Position numbers and translations under genes: made by a program
NCBI GenBank assembly: GCA_964035575.1
Contig: OZ037838.1
Span: forward strand, 806,001-870,000
Source: Rhynchopus sp. YZ270_cl-10
Taxonomy: Eukaryota
Direction: 5' to 3'
Length of the DNA stretch: 64,000 bases
Part shown: piece by piece, positions 23,464-34,805 of the stretch
Layout: each line of letters begins with the position of its first letter
Numbering within the stretch: position 1 is the stretch's first letter
Notes under the pieces: model-generated
Database searches by the model: none
Seen by the model: only the letters and a program-made list of their open reading frames with translations
What the model was told of the DNA's origin: nothing

Positions 23464-24160
23464 CTAGCTAACGCGCCTTGGCCGTTGCAATCGCTGCCGC
23501 AGTGTGTTTGCGTGCCCCGCATGTGGCTCTTTCTTCAGTTTTTTACCACCCGCCGCCAGGACACTTCGTGCAACATCAACTGTCAAAGAGGTCCACGTGA
23601 ATCCTGTCACCTGACTTGTACTGGTACAGCTCCGGCCCCAAGCCGCCGCAGGGGCCGCGGGGACCACGCTGCACGTTGCCGTCCTTATCGTACAGCTTCT
23701 TGTCGTTGGTGGCAGGCATGTATCGCCGGGCTCGTTCCAGAAAAACCTTCCCGTTCTTAACCACTTGTCTGCCTCGGAGGTCCAGCCCTGTCGCAGCACT
23801 GGCTTGGCAACGCCTGCAATAACCATGGTTTGAGGCGGGTGCTTCTTGGTCCCGAGGGTTTTGTACTGCTCCTCGTCCTCTGCGTCCGAGTCGGGGTGGT
23901 ACCTCACCTTCCACTTATGCCCGGTATCACGAAGTACTTTTCGCCCACCTTGCATCGGTTGTGCTCACGGTCTGCTACGTCCAGCAGCACACGTGCACAC
24001 TCACGCCTCTCCTCTTCACATGCAGCAGAGATAGACGGCCGCACCTTGACACTGTGCCCCACGTAATGCTCCTCCCGTTTCATCTTCCGCACAGTTCCCT
24101 CTCCTACATGCGCCTTTTTATTCCCTCGGTAACGCCCACCACCAGTTGTTCCGCTCACTT
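23464..24160 (-). mobile_element. Frameshifted Tc1/mariner-superfamily transposase remnant (DD39D-like)
   Basis: Overlapping minus-strand ORFs read GTVRK..SVKVRPSIS..EERRECA, KVGEKYF (cf. HIDEKWF), KKHPPQTMVIAGVAKP (cf. KRFITKVMFLAAVARP) and NGKVFLE..PA (cf. DGKIG..PA). Confidence 0.65.
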
Positions 24161-24229
24161 GCAGGGCCAGCAGCTCAGCAGATAAGCGACGGCAACCATC
24201 ACATCAAACACAACAGACCTCTTAACAAT

Positions 24230-25351
24230 ATGATGGATGTGATCTTTGTGCTGGAAGAGTCAGGCGTGACTGCGACAGTGGAGGTGCCGTGCGAGGCGGA
24301 CGTTGCAGCGGCAAAGGAGGTTGCGTGCACGGCGCTTGCTGTCTCGCCTGCGTCTGTCGAGATGCGCATCGGCACGCAGGTGCTGAAGGGGACGTGCCGT
24401 CTGCAGGACACTGCGTTTGATTCAGGGGTGCAGGTTGTGCTTGCCTGTCCTCGCTTTGCCGACATCAAGTGTCCTGCTGAGTATAGTGGGTTTGCAGAAT
24501 ACTTATCACTGTCGCGTTGTGGAACGCTCTGCGTCTATAGTAGCAGGGGTGGGGGTGTTGGCAGTTTCGATACAGAAACCTTCAAGACTGCCTTCGCATT
24601 CACAATGGACCTTCGTGTGTACGGTCGGCCTGCCATCTCGCAGTGCAAGACACGCTGCTACCTGGCGTGCAGGAATAATGGCCTTCTCGAGGTTGCGCTT
24701 CCGGGTGGGGAGGTGCTCCGCAAAGTCGACGGCCCTTCGTACGCAGTGTTCCCCAGTGGCAATGTTGTTGTCTCGAAGGGAAACGACGGCGTCTCTGTGT
24801 ATGACGAAGACCTGACGTTGCTCCGCTCTCTCTCGCACAAAGGGTGCTGGGACGTAGCAGTGTCGGACTGTGGTGGGTGGGTGATCACCTCCTCCAACAG
24901 TGAGAAGGAAGCACGTCTGTGGGATGTGAACACAGGTGAAGCTGTGGCATGTGTGCCTGCGGATGAGTGGCGTGCAGTGGCGCTTTCACGGTCTGCCTCA
25001 GTCTTTGCTGGAAACGACTCTTACCACCACGTACACCTCTATGATTGGAGTGGTGCGGCTCTTCGCAGTGTTGATGTGGATGGGGGTGTCGACGTCTTGC
25101 GCATGCAGTTCACCCCGTGTGGGAAGTACCTTGTGTTGGGGATACGGGTTGTGGCACCTGATTGCAGGGCATACTGGTGCCTGCGCCAGTACGATGTGGC
25201 GACCATGTCCTGTGTGCATGTGATCCCGCAAACCTATGGTGGGCCATTTGCGATATCACCGTGTTCACGTGTGGTTGTGTTAGGGTGTGACGAGAGAGGT
25301 ACAACAAGCGGCATTGTAACAAGGCATCTGTACCCACACAACAGTGAGTGA
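24230..25351 (+). CDS. Ubl-WD40-like propeller family, copy 6
   Basis: Family ATG at 24230 within ORF 24146-25351. Confidence 0.9.
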   Translation: MMDVIFVLEESGVTATVEVPCEADVAAAKEVACTALAVSPASVEMRIGTQVLKGTCRLQDTAFDSGVQVVLACPRFADIKCPAEYSGFAEYLSLSRCGTLCVYSSRGGGVGSFDTETFKTAFAFTMDLRVYGRPAISQCKTRCYLACRNNGLLEVALPGGEVLRKVDGPSYAVFPSGNVVVSKGNDGVSVYDEDLTLLRSLSHKGCWDVAVSDCGGWVITSSNSEKEARLWDVNTGEAVACVPADEWRAVALSRSASVFAGNDSYHHVHLYDWSGAALRSVDVDGGVDVLRMQFTPCGKYLVLGIRVVAPDCRAYWCLRQYDVATMSCVHVIPQTYGGPFAISPCSRVVVLGCDERGTTSGIVTRHLYPHNSE

Positions 25352-26236
25352 TGTTTCGCGAGGGGTGGGAGGGTGGTGACAGTATTCTGACAGAAGGGGA
25401 CAGTGCAAGTGTCTGCAGAGGGTATACCATCAACTGCATAGGCCGCACCGTCAATCTAGCTCAAGCTTACAGCTTTTCAAACATCACACACAAAGACTTC
25501 GAGTTGTTGTGATTCTTTTTCATATTGGTATCGTTTCTTGTTGACTCTTTATTTGTGAAGATGTGCGTGCACGAGAGTCTTATTCATGTTTCAGGTTTTA
25601 TTTGCTTTTTTTCCCATGAGGTTACAATCCGTTAAACGGAAACACAACCAGCGGTTGTGTGGTTTATGATCGTACTCTTAACGTTCAAAAGAAATCAAAC
25701 AAAACCAAAAGGGGAGAAAATGTGGGAGGAATCTGTTTTCAATTGGCACTGTTAGTGCGGAAGGTACATGCGGGGAGGGACGAGAGTGGGGAACGGAAGA
25801 AGGCGAAAAATGATTTTTTCTGCTGAATGTGGTGATTATTTGTTTGGGGTTCGATAACCCGCGAAGTGTCAGTGCCTGCGTCCCCGAGGCGTTTGCACCA
25901 TCAACTTCACTTTGTTTCTCCCCAGCCCCGGTTCCTACCCTGCCAAAGCAGGAGGTAAAAAGAAATAGCATCCCTCCTTTTTGTTTAGAGTACTCTCAAA
26001 CCCCACACAGCGCACTTTCAGTGCTGCTAAATGTGGTGACCTTCCCCGTTCACACCACAGAAAGGGCAAGTCGTGAGGTTTCTTTTCACATCTCGTGTGT
26101 GTTTGCCGGAGGGTATCTTCAAATTGCTTGACTTGTCAGAGTTTGTTGAAACACACATTTAACCCACCCTTCTTATTTGTCGTTGCGAAGTGACACCACC
26201 AACCATCACATCAAACACAACAGAGCCCTTAACAAT

Positions 26237-27369
26237 ATGATGGATGTGACCTTTGTGCTGGAAGAGTCAGGCGTGACTGCGACAGTGGAGGTGCCGTGCG
26301 AGGCGAAGGTTGCAGCGGCAAAGGAGGTTGCGTGCACGGCGCTTGCTGTCTCGCCTGCGTCTGTCGAGATGCGCATCGGCACGCAGGTGCTGGAGGGGAC
26401 GTGCCGTCTGCAGGACACTGCGTTTGATGCAGGGGTGCAGGTTGTGCTTGCCTGTCCTCGCTTTGCCGACATCAAGTGTCCTGCTGAGTACAGTCTGCAG
26501 CAGCAAGCAGACAGCTTGTCGCTGTCGCGTTGTGGAACGCTGTGCGTCCATAAGGGGATTAGCAGTGCGCGTGTTGTTGGCTTCGACACAGAAACCTTCG
26601 ACACTGTCTTCTCGTTCGAAGTAGACACTAACGTGAGCACGGCTCCGCCTGCCATCTCGCAGAGCAAGACACGCTGCTACCTGCCGTGTTGGGAGGAAGG
26701 CCTTCTCGAGGTTGCGCTTCCGGGTGGGGAGGTGGTCCGCAAAGTAGACGGCCACTCGGGGTCAGTGTTCGCGTGTGGCAATGTTGTAAGGGCAAAGACG
26801 GTGTCTCTGTGTATGACGAAGACCTGACGTTGCTCCGCTCTCTCTCGCACGAAGGGTGCACGTGTGTGTCGGTGTCGGACTGTGGTGGGTGGGTGATCAC
26901 CTCCTCCTACAAGGAGAACAACGCACGTCTGTGGGATGTGAACACAGGTGAAGCTGTGGCATGTGTGCCTGCGGATGACACGGCCTGGCGAGAGTATGTG
27001 GCGCTTTCACGGTCTGCCTCTGTCTTTGCTGTGGAGGGCTCTGACAACGTGCAGCTCTTTGATTGGAGTGGAGCGGCTCTTGGCAGGATTGATGTGGGTG
27101 GGAGTGTGGAGGTGGCTGTGCAGTTCACCCCGTGTGGGAAGTACCTTGTGGTGGGCGTGGGAGTTGCGGAAGATGAACGTTACGACGATGAGGATGCTGG
27201 CAATCTTAAGCTGCACCAGTATGATGTGGCGACGATGGCCTGTGTACTTGTGATCCCGGACTTCACCGGTCTGTCATTTGCGATATCGCCGTGTTCGAGT
27301 GTGGTCGTGTTTGCGTTGTACGGCAGCACCAACATTGTAACAAGACATCTGTACCCCCACAACGAGTGA
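26237..27369 (+). pseudogene. Ubl-WD40-like propeller family, copy 7 (frameshifted)
   Basis: Split into ORFs 26177-26827 and 26686-27369. 7-nt deletion (TGTCTCG) at ~26787 relative to copy 1. Confidence 0.85.
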
Positions 27370-27814
27370 TGTTCATGCTTTGGCACCATGTGGATTGGCA
27401 AATGGTGTGGCAGCGAACGGAGTACCTGAAGCTCACAACTCTGCTGCCTTCATTGCCTCAAGTCACTTTCTTTTCGTTGTTTACCTAGCCTGTTCAAGAA
27501 AGCCATATCTGGGGGTTGGGCAGGGTAGCCTCTCGTTCTTGGAAAAAAACAGCAAAATTCTGGATTTATGTTCTCATTTCCCCCCTTTTTTTTGATGGGG
27601 TTTCGGGTTTTCCGAACTCACCCTCACTGTAGTGGGGTCATTTTGTCACATCGTCCCCACTGACAACTCCCTTACGCAACACCGCGATGCTACGCGACAA
27701 CGAATGTAATCATGGTGACTACACACACGGCTTCGGGTCTCATAATTTTTCCCCAAGACCCCACATCCACCCCCCCCCCCCCTTTTCAAGAACTACACAA
27801 AAAAAAGACAAACC

Positions 27815-28354
27815 ATGGCCGATCTGATGCACCGGGTGGAGGGAGTGATCATTCTCGACAGCGAAGGCAAGCGCATTTTCTGCAAATACTATGGGGAAGC
27901 GTTCGAAGGTAAGCAGGACAAGCAGGCCAAGTTTGAGGAGAAGCTGTACGAGAAGACCCACGTCAAGACCGGACCTGAGTCGCCAAAGGAGGGCGGGGAC
28001 ATTACGCTGATCGACAGCCATACGGTGGTCTTCAGGTTGGACCCTGAGGTCTACTTCTACGTGATAGGCAGCCTGAATGAGAACGAGGTCATCATTTCGG
28101 ACGCCCTGTGCACCGTGTACGAGGCGATCTCTACGCTCCTCCGCTCCCCCTGTGCAGTAGTTGAGAAACGTCAGCTTCTCGAAAACTTCGACCTTCTTGT
28201 CCTCGTGATTGACGAAACCTTCCACGATGGGCTGCTTCTCCAAAACAGTGCAGCAGATGTTCTGGACCTTGTGTATGAACACGCCGATTCGCAAGACCCC
28301 ATGGCTAAGATCAAACAAGCATTGAAAAACCAAGCGAGCCACGCAAAGTACTGA
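27815..28354 (+). CDS. COPZ: Coatomer subunit zeta (clathrin adaptor small-chain family)
   Basis: 179 aa; ILDSEGKRIFCKYY, FEEKLYEKT, FYVIGSLNENE and VEKRQLLENFDLLVLVIDE are zeta-COP signatures. Confidence 0.9.
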   Translation: MADLMHRVEGVIILDSEGKRIFCKYYGEAFEGKQDKQAKFEEKLYEKTHVKTGPESPKEGGDITLIDSHTVVFRLDPEVYFYVIGSLNENEVIISDALCTVYEAISTLLRSPCAVVEKRQLLENFDLLVLVIDETFHDGLLLQNSAADVLDLVYEHADSQDPMAKIKQALKNQASHAKY

Positions 28355-28568
28355 TTTTAAAGAGGTGACGGGAAAAAAAAAACAAAAAACAAACAAAAAA
28401 AAAATCAGAAAATTGAGGCTTGGCCGTGCCAGAATTTTTACCTGGGTTGGGGAGTAAAGGGGTTGTTGATTTTTTTTTAAAAGGTGTTTTGGTTCAAAAG
28501 AAAAAGAAGAAAAAAACAAAACAAAAATACAAAAAGCAGGGGAGACAATAGGGGCAGGGGGTAGGGGT

Positions 28569-29749
28569 CAGCGTTCAAAAATACGTACTGATTCGTATTA
28601 ATACGTACGCGTATTAATACGTACGCGTATTAACATACAATGCAACGAGGCCGGGTACGCCTGAAAATACTCGTATCTGGAAAATATATCTGAGGCGTGC
28701 CTGAGGCGTACTCGGGATTAGTTACGTTTAAGTACGCCTCAGGCACGCCTGAGTATATATCAACGCATACTTGCGTTTCAGGCGCCTGGTGTGTATTTTC
28801 CCCCCGCAAAAAGGGCCTCTGATGCATTTCCGGAGCGATCTGAAAAAATTCCGGGGTCGGACAATTTTTTTAGCAAAAAATGCGTGACTTTAAGTTTGTA
28901 CCAAAAACCAGGGGAAAGTATACCCGGTTTCATATTTCTGCTGATATATAAAATTATTATGCACAGGTCATCACGTTTCTAAGGCATGCCATGTATTTCC
29001 TCCGCCCCCTGAAATGTGCTGAAATAAAATTTCGGTGTCCTGCTGAGAAAATTGCGGGGTCGCAAGATATTTTTAGTGGAAAAATATCATGGTTACTGCT
29101 TACAGTAAACTGCCTCCTAAAAAGAGGCTTCGCAGAAGATGAGTCATACCTCGGGTATGTATAAAAAAGTCCTTTGCTCACCCCATAGTTGTACTAAAAA
29201 TAGAGCTGTGGTCTGTGGATCAAGGAGGCCTGTGTAAAATTCTGGGATCTCGATGGGATCTCTCTAGTGTTAGAGGATCCAGCCTTGTATGAGCCTCTTC
29301 CGTCTTGCATCAAGTTGGGCCCCGAAGATCCCCAGTCGAAAGCATCCCCGAGATTTGTTTTCCAATGAAGTACCGAATGTGCCACCAAAATATATATCAT
29401 CAGCACCAAGGCTTAGCGAACCCTTTTCATTTTTTCGACTCGATCGGCCCACAGGTACATTTTTCATCGTGCGACCCCGCATTTGAAAGATTTTGCTACC
29501 TCTGAATCGAAAGCCACAAAATTTGGGGGTAAATACTTTTTTGTTCATGACCAAAATGCTGGTAGAAATATAAATATACTCAGGCGTGCCTGAGGCGTAC
29601 TTAAACGTAACTAATCCCGAGTACGCCTCAGGCACGCCTGAGTATTTATTTTCAGGCCTTGGCGAGGCCGACTCGGCCTCGTTGCATTGTATGTATTAAT
29701 ACGTATTAATAGAATACGTGGGGGGTATGTCACGTATTTTAGAACACTG
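28569..29749. mobile_element. Small outer MITE (CAGYGTTC termini) interrupted by the 28634-29693 element
   Basis: CAGCGTTCAAAAATACGT ... ACGTATTTTAGAACACTG; flanks GGTAGGGGT/GGTAGGGAT form an imperfect TSD. Confidence 0.65.
28634..29693. mobile_element. Non-autonomous TIR element with CATAC...GTATG termini and 6-bp TSD TATTAA
   Basis: CATACAATGCAACGAGGCCG ... CGGCCTCGTTGCATTGTATG. Subterminal palindromes AGGCGTGCCTGAGGCGTAC at both ends. TATTAA on both flanks. Confidence 0.8.
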
Positions 29750-30797
29750 GGTAGGGATAGGGGTTGGGGTGGGGCTAAGAGATAGATGTTATCACCTAGA
29801 GTGATTCAACTATTTCAGCAAAAAAAAGAAAAAAGAAAAAGAAAAAGAAAAAGGAGTACCTGGCATTCACATAGACACGTGTAATATGGTGGAGTGCATC
29901 CTTGGATACCTGCACTGACACAACTAAGCTTTTTAAGAAAAAAAGGTGATTGCCAACAGTGACTCGACACAATAACAATAAAGGGATTAAAGGTAAGAGA
30001 AAGGGGAGGAGGGAGTGGATAGGGTGTTGGGGTGTGTGTGTGTGTGTGGTAAGCCGAAGTAAACAAAACAGCACCATGTTTTTCTTTTTTAAAGATGTGT
30101 GTTGCAGTCATCTAAAAAAAATAGAAAAAAAAATCGGCCAACTTTGAGTACAGAACTTTGTTCCACTTTTCTTTCTTTTTTTGGAGCGAAGTGATTGTCG
30201 ACACAACAAATAATATGGTGGCACGTATCCTAGCCTCCGGGTGACATTGGTTAGGGGTTCTGTTTTAATTTTTTTTTTTTCGGTGACTAAGTGCGAGATG
30301 CTTAGGACCATCCGAATTTTTTTCAAAAGTTGATATTAGTGTTAGGCACCGAAGGATGAGCACCTTTTAATTTTTCTTCTTTTTTTACTTACCCCTTCGA
30401 GAAAACAAGCGCGAGAACGGTAGTGAGCAAGATGTGTGCGCACGAGAGGCACCATGCATCTTTCAAGGTTTCTTTTACTTACCTTCGAGAAACAAAACAA
30501 AAAATGTATAGTGGAGCACACTCTAGGGTGGCTACACTACTACAGCCAAGTTTTTAAAAAAAAACAAAAACAAAAACAAAAAACCCACTCTTCGGGGTTG
30601 AGAGGTGTCGTGTGCTGTACAGCAATGATTATGCAACCGCACATATGCCAAGGATACGCTCTCTGGCGTTTCGACAACCCGCGGGGAAGCAGTGCCCTGC
30701 GTCCGCCCGATGAAAAAACGGTGAGGTGTTTTGCACTTTCAACTTCTCTTTTTTTTTTTTTCATTTTTTTCCCCCCTCCCCCTTCTCCCCCCTGGTT

Positions 30798-30976
30798 CAC
30801 GACGCGGTCCAGGACCAATTTCACTTGTCATTGTGACAAGTGAAATGACAAGTGAAATTCATGACAAGTGAATGACAAATAAATCACTTGTCATGACAAG
30901 TGATTTACATGTCATTTCACTTGTCACTTTTATGACAAGTGATTTCACTTGTCAGGTCCCTCTGGACCGTGTCGTG
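30798..30976. mobile_element. MITE with CACGAC termini, 2-bp TSD (TT) and internal TGACAAGTGA repeats
   Basis: CACGACGCGGTCCAG ... CTGGACCGTGTCGTG. Confidence 0.75.
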
Positions 30977-31489
30977 TTGGAAACCAAACCAATGGTTCAG
31001 TACCCCCCTCTCCACCACCACCGCCACCACCACCGCCACTCACTCCTAAAAAAAAGCAAGCAATACAAACGTGCAGAAAAAGGTTTACCAACATTTCCTC
31101 TCTTGCCTTACACTCCTTTGGCACCCTTTTTTAAAAGTAGCTCTATTACTACTACGGATGCCACCTCCTACTGCAAAACGTACTCCTTCTATTTGCTCTC
31201 TTTGAAGGATTCTGTGAAAAGCTTCTGTCTAATCGTCTGTACTCAACATACTGTGGGTGTTATAACGGTATCGATAACATTATACCACCAATACGACTCA
31301 AAAATCTTTTAAAAGTTCTTTCTAATTATATCACTCTACAGTATTAGCTTGCTCTCTTTTGAGGATTTCTAATAGCTTCTAAAAGTAGTCAAAACCCAAA
31401 ACAAAAATTTAAAGCAATTCTATCACTCTACAGTATTATCTTTCCCCTCCTTCCTCCATTTTTATCCCCCCTTCCAAAAAAAAAAAAAA

Positions 31490-32104
31490 ATGGATATTTT
31501 TAAAGGAGTGAGAGCGAACAGAGCAATGGCGGCGTATGCGTTCCATGCTTTAGAGGCTAGATTGTCCAATGTGGAGCATAACACAGAGGTGAACGATGCG
31601 GATTTGCCTCTCCTCGCTGACGTCCCTGGGATGTTCGTGACATATGAAAAATTGAATGGGAACCTTCGTGGCTGCATTGGGACGTTTAGCAGCTGCAAAC
31701 TGGGTGATACCTTAGCGAAATATTCAATTATTAGCGCGCTGCAGGACTCTCGGTTCAGCCCGGTGGTGAAGAGTGAGGTTCCGGGGTTGAAGTGCTCGAT
31801 TACGATTCTGTCCGATATGGTTCCTACCACACCGTGGAACAATTGGGTGATCGGGCAGCACGGGGTTTACGTAACGTACACCGAGGCAGGCAGGAGTTAC
31901 AACGCCACGTTCCTCCCCTCCGTGATCCCGGAGCAAGGCTGGGGGCATCGTGAAACCCTCGAACACCTGCTCTCAAAAGGGGGCTACCGTGGGCGCGTTA
32001 CCGATGCGGTGCTAGCACAGTGCGAGGTGCAGACCTATGAAGGATCCAAGAGCAGTCTCACCCACCCTGAATACCTTGCGGAGTACCGAGGACAGTGGGT
32101 GTGA
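31490..32104 (+). CDS. AMMECR1: AMMECR1-domain protein
   Basis: 204 aa; FVT..LRGCIGTF, SALQDSRFSPV, GQHGV, ATFLPSV..EQGW, LLSKGG. Confidence 0.92.
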   Translation: MDIFKGVRANRAMAAYAFHALEARLSNVEHNTEVNDADLPLLADVPGMFVTYEKLNGNLRGCIGTFSSCKLGDTLAKYSIISALQDSRFSPVVKSEVPGLKCSITILSDMVPTTPWNNWVIGQHGVYVTYTEAGRSYNATFLPSVIPEQGWGHRETLEHLLSKGGYRGRVTDAVLAQCEVQTYEGSKSSLTHPEYLAEYRGQWV

Positions 32105-33174
32105 AGTGCGAGAGAGAGAGAGAGAGAGAGAGATTCGGAGGGAGGCGTTTGCGAATTGAGATATGATGTGCCCTTCGGGTCCCCGGGCTCCCACGGTAGC
32201 GTGCAGTTTTTGGCCGTTATAAAAAGGCTGGGGTATAAAGAGGTCGCGTGATTCGCCGAGCGGTTGTGAACCGCCTCCGTACCGTAAGAGACACTCATGT
32301 CCTGCCCTTTGCATATGTATGAGCTTGACTGATAATCGTTTTAGCACGTTTCAACTATTTCTTTTTTTAATTTTTTTTACGACCAATACATTTTAAATGG
32401 GGTTTGAGTGTTCTCGGGGGGGTCGGTGGCTGTGATTTCTCTTCCTTCTTTCATATGTGCCTGAGAGGCTGCGTCATTTTTTTAACGTTTCTACGACCAT
32501 GGTGGGGGCAAAAGCCAGGGGAAGCGGGGGAAAGAGAGGTGGGGGGTTTTTTTTTTGTGTCAGTGCCTGCGTCCCAGAGGCGTTTGCACTATCAACTTCA
32601 CTTTTTTATGTGTGTACTGTTTTTGCTCCCCTCCGTTGTGCAAGGTGTGTGGAGGGGTGTTTTGTGATAAAAAAAAATTGCTGGGGGTAGTTACCCTGAG
32701 TGAGAATGCCAGACCTGACCTGACGTGGCATCGTATGCTGAACACTTCGTTGTGGTTCATTGTCGATGCAACATAAATTAATTGTGCCAAAACTACATAA
32801 GTAACCTGCCCATCTCTGTATACCATTTATAACAAGCCACCCTTCACCTATTGCTGTCCCTTTGTCCAGCGGAAATGATTCGCAGTCCAGTATTGAATGT
32901 TCTTGAGCGAAAGTTCTTCCACAATTTTTCGGATTGTTCGTATCGCCCCCCCTTCCCTGCAAAAATAGCAACTCTCAGTGAAAACTGGCAACACCTTTTG
33001 TTGTCTAAAACCATTTAGAGGTGGTCGCATCGCGCAGTAGAGGTAGTTGTCCAAATGTTCTCTATGTGTGATTCGCAGCGAATACCATTATAAAGATGCA
33101 GAACAACACCTCTCCCCCACCCACCTCATCATCACCCCCGTTAGCAGTGGAACAAAGAAGAAGAAGAAGAAACA

Positions 33175-34305
33175 ATGATGGATGTGACCTTTGTGCTGGA
33201 AGAGTCAGGCGTGACTGCGACAGTGGAGGTGCCGTGCGAGGCGAAGGTTGCAGCGGCAAAGGAGGTTGCGTGCACGGCGCTTGCTGTCTCGCCTGCGTCT
33301 GTCGAGATGCGCATCGGCACGCAGGTGCTGGAGGGGACGTGCCGTCTGCAGGACACTGCGTTTGATGCAGGGGTGCAGGTTGTGCTTGCTCGCCGCTTTG
33401 CCGACATCAAGTGTCCTGCTGAGTACACAGCAACTCATGTGGAAAACTTGTCACTGTCGCGTTGTGGAACGCTGTGCCTCGTTAGTGATGATGCAACTGT
33501 TGTTGGTTTCGACACAGAAACTTTTGACACTGTCTTCTCGTTCACGTCGAATGCTTCACTACGCGCTGCACCTGCCATCTCGCAGTGCAAGACACGCTGC
33601 TACCTGCGGTGTTGGCAGGAAGGCCTTCTCGAGGTTGCGCTTCCGGGTGGGGAGGTGCTCCGCAAAGTCGACGACACCTCAGTGTCAGTGTTCGCGTGTG
33701 GCAGTGTTGTTGTCACGGAGGGTATTGACGGCGTCTCTGTGTATGACGAAGACCTGACGTTGCTCCGCTTTCTCTCGCATGAACGGTGTATGAAATTTGC
33801 AATATCGGACTGTGGTGGGTGGGTGATCACCTCCTCCAACAGTGAGAAGAACGCACGTCTGTGGGATGTGAACACAGGAGAAGCTGTGGCATGTGTTCCG
33901 ACGAGAGTGGGGTGTTGCGTGGCGCTTTCACGGCCTGCCTCTGTCTTTGCTGTGTCGGACTCTGGCACTGTGGACGATGGGTATGCGTGGGGGAACAACG
34001 TGCACCTCTACGATTGGAGTGGTGTGGCTCTTCGCAGTGTTGATGTGGAGGGTCGTGTCGAGCGCATGCAGTTCGCCCCGTGTGGGAAGTACCTTGTGTC
34101 CCACGAAGAATATGATGAAGACAATGTAGACCTGCACCAGTTCGATGTGGCAACCATGTTCTGTGTGCATGTGATACCGCTAACCTATGGTGGGCCATTT
34201 GCCATATCACCGTGTTCACGTGTCGTTGTGTTACGGTATGAGGACGAAAGCGGTACAACAAGCGGCATTGTAACAAGGCATCTGTACCCACACAACAGTG
34301 AGTGA
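33175..34305 (+). CDS. Ubl-WD40-like propeller family, copy 8
   Basis: 376-aa ORF with the family architecture. Confidence 0.9.
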   Translation: MMDVTFVLEESGVTATVEVPCEAKVAAAKEVACTALAVSPASVEMRIGTQVLEGTCRLQDTAFDAGVQVVLARRFADIKCPAEYTATHVENLSLSRCGTLCLVSDDATVVGFDTETFDTVFSFTSNASLRAAPAISQCKTRCYLRCWQEGLLEVALPGGEVLRKVDDTSVSVFACGSVVVTEGIDGVSVYDEDLTLLRFLSHERCMKFAISDCGGWVITSSNSEKNARLWDVNTGEAVACVPTRVGCCVALSRPASVFAVSDSGTVDDGYAWGNNVHLYDWSGVALRSVDVEGRVERMQFAPCGKYLVSHEEYDEDNVDLHQFDVATMFCVHVIPLTYGGPFAISPCSRVVVLRYEDESGTTSGIVTRHLYPHNSE

Positions 34306-34805
34306 TGTTTCGCGAGGGGTGGGAGGGTGGTGACTGTATTCTGACAGAAGGGGACAGTGCAAGTGTCTGCAGAGGGTATACCATCAACTGCATAGGCCAC
34401 ACCGTCAATCTAGCTCAAGCGGACGGCTTTTCACACATCACACACAAAGACTTCGTTGTGGTGATTCTTTTTCATATTGGTATCGTTTCTTGTTGACTCT
34501 TTATTTGTGAAGATGTGCGTGCACGAGAGTCATATTCATGTTTCAGGTTTTATTTGCTTTCTTTTCCATGAGGATCCAATCCGTTAAACGGAAACACAAA
34601 CCGGGTGACGAGCGGCTATGTGGTGACAGTACGGGCAAGCCATGAGGTTTCTTTTCACATCTCCTGTGTGTTTGCAGGGTATCTTCAAAGTGCTTTCTTT
34701 ATCAGAGTTTGTTGAAACACGTATTTAACCCACCAACCTTCTTATTTGTCGTTGCGAAGTGACACCACCAACCATCACATCAACCACAACAGAGCCCTTA
34801 ACAAT

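Noticed and set aside
30667..30747. Possible degenerate antisense hammerhead ribozyme in a short dispersed repeat (also ~25850, ~32558, ~55112)
   Set aside because: A CGAAAC half is present on the minus strand, but no copy has an intact CUGANGA core. The repeat is real; the ribozyme is unsupported.
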